Assembly (NCBI GenBank): GCA_015494485.1
Contig: WGBF01000221.1
Span: 1-32,108, forward strand
Direction: 5' to 3'
Origin: a bacterium
GTDB lineage: Bacteria > Calditrichota > Calditrichia > RBG-13-44-9 > J042
Length of the DNA stretch: 32,108 nt
Shown here: positions 26,013 to 32,108 of the stretch, piece after piece
How positions within the stretch are numbered: position 1 is the first letter of the stretch
Layout of the letters: each line of letters begins with the position of its first letter
Notes under the pieces: model-generated
What the model saw: only the letters and a program-made list of their open reading frames with translations
Databases searched by the model: none
What the model was told of the DNA's origin: nothing
Translations under genes and position numbers: made by a program

Positions 26013-26249
26013 CTATTAAACTTGCATGGTAATTCATTATTCAAAACTGACAAATTAATCTATACTTTATATATGTGAAGAACCCGCTCTGATACAACCT
26101 TCTAAATCTAAAGATTCCAAATACAAAAGCCTTTTCCACTTATTTCCTGCTATGCTACACGAACAACTGACCAAAAGTCTTTAATGGTAATATGTATATC
26201 ATCCAAAGAACACATCTCTCTTAAAACCCGAAACATCCGCGTGTGACAA

Positions 26250-26882
26250 TTAACATCCTTCATCTTCTTCTTCAGCTTCCTGCAAGACAATATGCCGTTT
26301 TTTAGGTTTTTGGGGTTTAGACTGCGCAGCTGTAACTCCGATTCCTCCTTTGTTAAAATATTGGGAAGCTGCTTTCCGGAAGCTAAACTGCAGTACTTCC
26401 GTATCCGAAGACAAATCACTGGGAGGATTGGGATTCAAAATAGCTTTTGCCCAGTAGTTTAAGCCACCAAGCAAATAATAACTATTAATGCCCAACGTTT
26501 TTAGAATAACCCAGGCTTGCGCGCTATAACGGTCACCATTAGAATAAAGAATGAGGGTTTTGGTCCTCCGAAGCCATTTTATGTTTTCTGGAGAAACCAA
26601 CTGCCCCAGGGGTATATTTTCTGCGCCTTCAAGATGGTATTGCATATATTCATCTTTACGACGCAGGTCAATAATTGTAATACCCGGTTTTTTGTTAATA
26701 ATCCAATCGGCTAATTGTTCTGCCGTCACATAATCACTCTGGCTTAAAATAGAATTAATAATATCCTGTGGGGAAAAACGTTGAAATTTTTTTTCTCCTG
26801 CAGGAGAGATTGCCAGTAAAAATCCAAGTAAAAGTAACACTAAAATGCCAACTTCTTTGGTGAATAGTTGTTTTAGTTTCAT
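26250..26882 (-). CDS. membrane-anchored single rhodanese-like domain protein lacking the catalytic Cys (Ser114), with acidic ...QEAEEEDEGC C-terminal tail
   Basis: N-terminal anchor or signal KEVGILVLLLLGFLLAIS. The rhodanese fold pattern (ITIIDLRRKDEY..GHLEGAENIP...LILYSNGDRYSAQAWVILKTLG) has TCT (Ser) at 26541-26543 where the C-x5-R loop Cys is expected. The only Cys is the last residue. Confidence 0.8.
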   Translation of the reverse strand: MKLKQLFTKEVGILVLLLLGFLLAISPAGEKKFQRFSPQDIINSILSQSDYVTAEQLADWIINKKPGITIIDLRRKDEYMQYHLEGAENIPLGQLVSPENIKWLRRTKTLILYSNGDRYSAQAWVILKTLGINSYYLLGGLNYWAKAILNPNPPSDLSSDTEVLQFSFRKAASQYFNKGGIGVTAAQSKPQKPKKRHIVLQEAEEEDEGC

Positions 26883-26911
26883 GACCTTCTCACCCCTAAC
26901 AATTATTTTTA

Positions 26912-27523
26912 TTATTCCATTGGTGTTTCACCTTCAATAATTTCACCGAATTTCTTTTCAATTAGTTCAGCTACTTTAAACAATCCCCATGCCATCAGAA
27001 TAACTAAAAAGGCAACAACACCTGGTCGCCATCCTAACCATTCAGGTAGCGTTACCCTACCCATAGGATGGCCATTAATGAAATTTTGAACAAAAGGATA
27101 TATCTCACCAAATATCCACATTCCAAATAACGCACCGCCCACATAAAACATTCCATCCAATTTCCCAATGGCACTGGCTACCAGAGAAGTTCCAGGACAA
27201 AATCCACCAATAACAAACCCTAAGCCCATTAGAACCCCACCCAGAATTTGTCCATTTAAAATGGTTGGTGGCACATATACTAAAGAAATGTCCAGAATTT
27301 CAGCCCAATTTAGATATAGCAATCCTACCATAGCCACAACGATAGCGGTAAACATGACTTTCAACACAGCCATATCCTTCAAATAGAATTGGTAAGCCAA
27401 TTTTCTGGAATTGCCAAAGCCTGAACTTTCCAAAATGTAGCCAAATAACAATCCGATAATGAATGCGAAAATCAAGCTGGTATCAAATCCAAAATATCCC
27501 AATTTGTATAATGGTGCAATCAT
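26912..27523 (-). CDS. YeeE/YedE-family sulfur-transport membrane protein (half-size, second of pair)
   Basis: 203 aa with 4-5 TM helices. It carries the conserved GGFCPGTS motif of the PF04143-type 'sulphur transport' repeat. GTGAGGT RBS. Confidence 0.82.
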   Translation of the reverse strand: MIAPLYKLGYFGFDTSLIFAFIIGLLFGYILESSGFGNSRKLAYQFYLKDMAVLKVMFTAIVVAMVGLLYLNWAEILDISLVYVPPTILNGQILGGVLMGLGFVIGGFCPGTSLVASAIGKLDGMFYVGGALFGMWIFGEIYPFVQNFINGHPMGRVTLPEWLGWRPGVVAFLVILMAWGLFKVAELIEKKFGEIIEGETPME

Positions 27524-27538
27524 GATTTTTACCTCACA

Positions 27539-28057
27539 TTATATCCATTGTTTACGCAAAAAATACGCGAACGCATATGCCGCAATAAACATTACCCAGA
27601 GGAAAATCCAGCTTCCCAAACTCAACGTGGCCCCTCCGGTAAGCCCCTGGCCACTGGTACATCCACGAGCAATACGTGCACCAATACCCATAGTCATTCC
27701 ACCCAGAAAAGCTAATAGCCAGCGTCCTTTATTGGAAATGCGGGGTCCATGATCGGTTTTAAAGCCTAATCGGCCATGGATATAGCCTGATAAGAAACCA
27801 CCAAAGAGGACACCCAGAATTTCAAATACCAACCAGGCTTTCAAGGGAGAACCACCTTTTAAATATTTGGCAAAATAAGGGTTAGCTTGAGCATGTTCAG
27901 GGCTGACTAATGATAAAATGTAGGTAACCAATCTCATTTCTCCGCCAGATGCTCCCAGGCCCCGTCCCATGATAAAAAAGGTCATCAATAACAAAAGGCC
28001 TAACATCAATCCAGCAAAATAAGGATTCCAATACGGTTTAGACTGCGGCTTTTTCAT
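27539..28057 (-). CDS. YeeE/YedE-family sulfur-transport membrane protein (half-size, first of pair)
   Basis: 172 aa with 4 TM helices and the conserved ARGCTSGQGLTG motif. AAGGAG RBS. Confidence 0.82.
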   Translation of the reverse strand: MKKPQSKPYWNPYFAGLMLGLLLLMTFFIMGRGLGASGGEMRLVTYILSLVSPEHAQANPYFAKYLKGGSPLKAWLVFEILGVLFGGFLSGYIHGRLGFKTDHGPRISNKGRWLLAFLGGMTMGIGARIARGCTSGQGLTGGATLSLGSWIFLWVMFIAAYAFAYFLRKQWI

Positions 28058-28078
28058 TAGGTTTCTCCTTTATCATTA

Positions 28079-29014
28079 TTAGAACGAACTCAATTGTCCC
28101 GCTTGAACAAAAATAAATCGCATTAAAATGCCCCCAAATAAAATCAATACTGCTGCCACACGGGTTCGCTTTCCTAAATTGGATATTTCCAGTGTTTCCA
28201 AAATAGCGGGTATTATAATACCTAATCCCACAACCAAAACCCAAAACGAAGCAGTATAGGGACCACCTAAGAATAATTTAGCAGCTTGTATTTTCACTTC
28301 ACTGGAAGCCAGTAATCCCATAAATAGATGGATGATAAAAAACAATTCAAGACTTATGGTCATCAAATCAATCTTGTTTAATAACAAATGTTCCTCATGA
28401 TTTTTAGAAAGTAACATTAGAAATGCTAGACCTGTGGACAGACCGGATACTAAGAATAGAGGCCCTAAAATTGCAGAATTCCAGAAAGGACGGGCATTAA
28501 AAGCACTAAGTAATATTCCGGTATACATTCCTAAAATCATCGACAATACCATTAAAATCCAGGCCAGAAGCTTGCTCTTTTTTTGAGTATAGGAAACAAC
28601 AGATTGAAAAACCGGATGCGGCCATCGCCATTTTGGAAATACCGATGTAATGTGCAACATCGCCCATAAGATACTCAAGGGTAATATAGTGATTAGGGTC
28701 CATGCCCCCCAAGACATAGGCGATTTCAATCGTAATGTCATATAAAATCGAAACAAATGGAGTTTATAATCCAGATCTAGAAATAATGCAAACATCCCAA
28801 TTGCCAATAAAATAGGGGCCCAAATAGCTCCCAATCGAACAATAGCGGGATATTCCTCCTCTTTTCCGCGTAAATAATATAAAGCAGAAAAGAAGAGTAA
28901 CCCTGCCACTAAGCCACCTAAAAACAAATAGGTTGGAATTTGCCAGTGCCAGATGGTTAAATATGGGTCAATCAAGTGGTTATGGCGTCCGCTAACGATC
29001 GTCACTTCGTGCAT
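28079..29014 (-). CDS. nrfD: NrfD/PsrC-family molybdoenzyme membrane anchor subunit
   Basis: 311 aa with 8 predicted TM helices. The N-terminus W.IPTYLFLGGLVAGL is typical of the NrfD/PsrC family. It directly follows the 4Fe-4S subunit gene. Confidence 0.88.
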   Translation of the reverse strand: MHEVTIVSGRHNHLIDPYLTIWHWQIPTYLFLGGLVAGLLFFSALYYLRGKEEEYPAIVRLGAIWAPILLAIGMFALFLDLDYKLHLFRFYMTLRLKSPMSWGAWTLITILPLSILWAMLHITSVFPKWRWPHPVFQSVVSYTQKKSKLLAWILMVLSMILGMYTGILLSAFNARPFWNSAILGPLFLVSGLSTGLAFLMLLSKNHEEHLLLNKIDLMTISLELFFIIHLFMGLLASSEVKIQAAKLFLGGPYTASFWVLVVGLGIIIPAILETLEISNLGKRTRVAAVLILFGGILMRFIFVQAGQLSSF

Positions 29015-29029
29015 GGCTCGACCTCACTA

Positions 29030-29566
29030 TTACGTTAAATAGAACACTTTGGGTTTAGTCCCCGCCTCTGGGTGCAATACATGATGATGGCGGGTCTTTA
29101 ACAATTTGGATACTTCACTTTCCGGATCATCCAGATCACCAAAATGCATCGCATGTGTAGGGCAAACTTCCACACATGCTGGCAGCAAGCCTTCCTTCAA
29201 GCGATGTTCACAAAATGTACATTTATCCACATACCCTTCCGGATGGACATACCGGGCATCATAAGGGCAGGCTGCTATACATGCTTTACAACCAGTGCAC
29301 TTATCCTTATCCACCAGTACAATTCCCCCTTCCACCACGTGGCTGGCGCCGGTAGGACAGCACCGAACACAAGGAGGATTTTCACAATGATTACATCGTT
29401 CGGATCGAATTTCCATATATAATTCCGGAAATAATCCCTGTACATCCTGCACAATCCAATCCCGACAATACCCCACCGGGACGTTATTCTCCGTCTGGCA
29501 GGCTACCACACAATCGCCACACCCGACACATCGTTGCGTATCAATTACCATTCCATATCGGGCCAT
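29030..29566 (-). CDS. 4Fe-4S dicluster-domain electron-transfer subunit (PsrB/PhsB/NrfC type)
   Basis: Four Cys clusters: CVGCGDCVVAC, CNHCENPPCVRCCP, CTGCKACIAACP and CTFCEHRL...CVEVCP. GGAGGA RBS. Confidence 0.9.
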   Translation of the reverse strand: MARYGMVIDTQRCVGCGDCVVACQTENNVPVGYCRDWIVQDVQGLFPELYMEIRSERCNHCENPPCVRCCPTGASHVVEGGIVLVDKDKCTGCKACIAACPYDARYVHPEGYVDKCTFCEHRLKEGLLPACVEVCPTHAMHFGDLDDPESEVSKLLKTRHHHVLHPEAGTKPKVFYLT

Positions 29567-29584
29567 GATGTCCTCCGTTATTGC

Positions 29585-31837
29585 TTAAGCGGTTAGCTTT
29601 TTTACTTTTCGAAATGTAACAAAATTGGTTCGTAAACCTGTTCCCCCCATAACGGGGTCCGTTTTTACTTTCGTAATTAATTTTGCGGTTGAAGCACCTT
29701 TTTTATAGGCGCGTTTTAAACGCCTATCCCAGTGACCAAAACCATGGACCATATAGACACAATCATGCCGGATGCGTTCGGTTACTTTTACACGGATTTT
29801 ATTACTGCGCGCGCCATCCTGATTTTCTAATATCACATATTCCCCATTTTTAATGCCATGCAATTGGGCTACTGTCGGATGCACCCATACTTCATTCTCC
29901 TTCATCAATTGATATAATAGAGGATTATTGGTAGTACGGCTAAAGCTATGCATTGGTGCACGCCCATAAATCAATCGATAATACCCCTCTGGAGGTTCTT
30001 CGGGATGTTCATAAGTGGGTAAGGGATCAAACCCTGCAGCTTCCATTACGGTGGAATATAATTCGATCTTACCTGTGGGAGTTCTAAACCGCGGCTGAAT
30101 ACCTTCTTCAAAATAAATCGGCGTTTTTTGTTCGGGTAAACGAACCACCCCTTTCTTTTTTAGTTCCGCTAGCGATAAGCCAACTTGCTTAAGACGATAA
30201 TCCAGATACTCTTCAATATCATTCCATGGGAACCATTTATCCAGCCCCAGACGATGTGCCAATTGTTTCGCCATCCACCAGGAAGGTTTGCTTTCCCACC
30301 TCGGCGGGAAAGCCGGGGCTCGCAATGCAATGGTAGGCATTTTCCCTTGAGAAATCCGTAAATCATCATACCGTTCCAGATATGTACATTCCGGTAATAC
30401 CACATCCGCCCAGCCAGTAATTTCGGAGGGGATAATATCTATGACGGCAATGAAATCTAATTTCTGGATAGCATCAATAGTTTTTTGCGGTTCTGGCAGA
30501 GTCATTAAAAGATTTGTAGCATTTACCATCCAACCTTTGATTGGATGTGTAGCATTATCTCCTTGCAAAGTTACATCACGAAGCACATTTGTTGGTGCTT
30601 TACGTGCTAATGGATATTGATCTAGGGTTAAATCTTTCCAAGTCCACCGCGGCTCCGGGAAGGGTGGGAGAGGATATTTAGGTACCCGAGCTTTGTTTGG
30701 ATAATAGTACCCTCCCCGTCTACCCCAGGAACCGAGCAAAGCGACTAGTATGGCTAATGCCCGTTCCCGTTGGGTATCGTTGCCATACCAAGTAACGTGG
30801 CGCCCGGGATGAATCAAAGTTGCCGGTTTTTGCATGGCCATCTCCCGAGCAGTTTGTCGAATGATATGAGGTTTGATTGTAGTAATTGGGTAAGCCCATT
30901 CCGGGGTGTAAGGCTGAATAAATTTCTTTAATTTATCAAAACCATAAGTATATTTTTCTACATATTCCTTATCATATAAATTTTCTTGAATCATTACATT
31001 GATCCAGGCCAGTAATAAAGCTAAATCTGTTCCCGGCCGAATGGGTAACCAATATTTTGATTTACTAGCTGCAGTGGAATAACGAGGATCCACTGTAATG
31101 ATTGTTGCACCTCGAGCCACCGCGTCAGAAAATTCCTGAACCTGAGAATTCAACATATTTTCACCAATATGACTCCCTATCAATACAATACAACGCGCAT
31201 TAGGGATATCAATCCGTTCTGGAGAACCAATTCCCTCTCCAAATGTTAAGCGAAATCCTTCCTCCCTGGGCCCACGGCATTGGGCATAAGAAGGTTCAGC
31301 AATTGTGTCAGAACCAAAAGCTTTGAATAACGGTTCAAAAAAACGGCTCCCAGAACCATGGGTAAACAACGCCATGCTTTCCGGACCATATTTATCCGCA
31401 ATTTTCTTCATATTTTCTGCAATAAAATCCAATGCTTCTTCCCATGTTACTTGAACAAATTGTTGCTTTCCTCGCACAACCTTTCGCATTAAAGGATATT
31501 TTAATCGTTCGTTATCCGTATATGCCCCTATGCCACCTGTTCCCCGGGGACACAATCGTCCATTGCAATTCGGATCGTCTTTATGCCCAACGATCTTCCA
31601 AGGTTTGCCATCAACTTTGTATACCCAACCAGCACATTTCCAGAAACAAATCTCACAATATGTGGGACTCACTTCCAGGTTTCCCGGGGTATTAGGACCA
31701 ACCAACGGTAAAGCATCAGCTTGAGGCCACTCGGACTCGGAAACAATAGCCTCCAGAGCTTTACCCCCAATTGCCAAACCCGCAACACCTATTCCACTAA
31801 TTTTAAGAAACTCCCGCCGAGTAAACTTCGGACTCAT
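29585..31837 (-). CDS. Tat-exported molybdopterin (bis-MGD) oxidoreductase catalytic subunit, PsrA/PhsA (polysulfide/thiosulfate/tetrathionate reductase-like) family
   Basis: 750 aa. Twin-arginine signal FTRREFLKISGIGVAGLAIG. N-terminal FS0 motif CEICFWKC-x28-C. RLKYPLMR and a candidate Mo-ligand Cys in SYAQCRGP. There is no in-frame TGA. AAGGAG RBS. Confidence 0.88.
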   Translation of the reverse strand: MSPKFTRREFLKISGIGVAGLAIGGKALEAIVSESEWPQADALPLVGPNTPGNLEVSPTYCEICFWKCAGWVYKVDGKPWKIVGHKDDPNCNGRLCPRGTGGIGAYTDNERLKYPLMRKVVRGKQQFVQVTWEEALDFIAENMKKIADKYGPESMALFTHGSGSRFFEPLFKAFGSDTIAEPSYAQCRGPREEGFRLTFGEGIGSPERIDIPNARCIVLIGSHIGENMLNSQVQEFSDAVARGATIITVDPRYSTAASKSKYWLPIRPGTDLALLLAWINVMIQENLYDKEYVEKYTYGFDKLKKFIQPYTPEWAYPITTIKPHIIRQTAREMAMQKPATLIHPGRHVTWYGNDTQRERALAILVALLGSWGRRGGYYYPNKARVPKYPLPPFPEPRWTWKDLTLDQYPLARKAPTNVLRDVTLQGDNATHPIKGWMVNATNLLMTLPEPQKTIDAIQKLDFIAVIDIIPSEITGWADVVLPECTYLERYDDLRISQGKMPTIALRAPAFPPRWESKPSWWMAKQLAHRLGLDKWFPWNDIEEYLDYRLKQVGLSLAELKKKGVVRLPEQKTPIYFEEGIQPRFRTPTGKIELYSTVMEAAGFDPLPTYEHPEEPPEGYYRLIYGRAPMHSFSRTTNNPLLYQLMKENEVWVHPTVAQLHGIKNGEYVILENQDGARSNKIRVKVTERIRHDCVYMVHGFGHWDRRLKRAYKKGASTAKLITKVKTDPVMGGTGLRTNFVTFRKVKKLTA

Positions 31838-31960
31838 ATGAGTCTCCTTTTCGTTTTGGCCTTTAATTGGTTATAATTATCTTTTCGCATGTTTAAACCA
31901 CTCTCGTCAAGTAATAGACATATTCAGAAAATATACCTGATTTTTTTTATTTTCATTTTC

Positions 31961-32005
31961 TCATTCACAATACTGTAAAATTTCACTCGTTCAATCATTC
32001 ACAAT
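31961..32005. repeat. two exact 11-bp direct repeats TCATTCACAAT, 34 bp apart, upstream of the molybdoenzyme operon
   Basis: Read directly at 31961-31971 and 31995-32005. They lie 124-168 nt upstream of ATG 31837, and each contains a TCACA half-site. Confidence 0.4.
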
Positions 32006-32050
32006 GAAAAATAATTACTAAATAAATAAAACACAATATAAAATATTTTT

Positions 32051-32066
32051 TGTGAAATATATCCCA
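32051..32066. promoter_or_regulatory. CRP/FNR-family-like site TGTGA-N6-TCCCA
   Basis: 9/10 match to TGTGA-N6-TCACA, 214-229 nt upstream of the psrA-like ATG. It could equally serve an unseen divergent gene beyond the window. Confidence 0.25.
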
Positions 32067-32108
32067 AATATTTTGGCCCAAAAACCGACTTTTCGTAAGG
32101 TTCACTAC

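Noticed and set aside
26150-26419. 89-aa track ORF overlapping the 3' end of the tail-bearing rhodanese gene, plus other short ORFs in the 25863-26249 spacer (for example 14- and 16-codon ORFs)
   Set aside because: The ORF overlaps a well-supported gene in another frame, has no RBS and is Lys/Arg/Ser-rich. The mini-ORFs in the spacer lack RBSs and any recognisable feature.
29585-31837. Possible selenocysteine recoding in the molybdoenzyme
   Set aside because: The 750-codon frame is uninterrupted, with no in-frame TGA. A Cys (SYAQCRGP) is the likely Mo ligand.
1-32108. Search by eye for tRNA, rRNA, CRISPR repeats, IS elements and integrases
   Set aside because: I found no T-loop GGTTCGA-type signatures outside coding regions, no regularly spaced repeats, and no transposase- or recombinase-like ORFs. 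Absence judged by eye is not proof, so tRNAscan, Infernal and ISfinder-type scans should confirm it.

Overview
This is a 32.1-kb bacterial chromosomal window. I support 34 protein-coding genes. Two of them are absent from the ORF track: a 5'-partial carbamate kinase at the left edge and a 34-codon small subunit. I saw no rRNA, tRNA, CRISPR array, transposase or integrase by eye. RBSs are strong (GGAGG type), and several TAnnTTTG '-7' boxes lie 27-30 nt upstream of start codons. That hints at an FCB-group-like lineage, but this is inference only.

Coordinates 1-24.6 kb hold ordinary housekeeping and regulatory genes:
- arcC plus a COG2403 P-loop gene, a GNAT, a YqiA-type esterase, larC, rlmB and mazG.
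- A polytopic GAF histidine kinase and a sigma-54 NtrC-type regulator, followed by a candidate UAS, a -24/-12 promoter, a small ORF and a pseudo-receiver (Asp to Asn).
- A YhaM-like OB/HD nuclease and a YfcE phosphoesterase.
- An ECF sigma / anti-sigma / GAF-degenerate-GGDEF / Zn-ribbon operon.
- holA, an NSS transporter with its small subunit, MFS and ClC transporters, an RluA-family synthase, asd and an esterase.

The most interesting part is the minus-strand sulfur locus at 24.7-31.8 kb. It encodes a Tat-exported PsrA/PhsA-type molybdopterin oxidoreductase, a 4Fe-4S subunit and an NrfD/PsrC anchor. These are followed by a split YeeE/YedE pair and a membrane-anchored rhodanese whose catalytic Cys is replaced by Ser. 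After a 387-nt AT-rich spacer come a secreted two-domain rhodanese with a CX2CX3CX2C-K tail and an 83-aa anchor-only protein.

The Cys-less rhodanese and the 83-aa protein share a paralogous C-terminal tail, PQKP-x17, ending in EEE-x-EGC-COOH. In both proteins that terminal Cys is the only Cys. I propose this as a candidate SoxY/DsrC-like carrier arm feeding a Psr-type reductase. That function is inference, not shown by the sequence.
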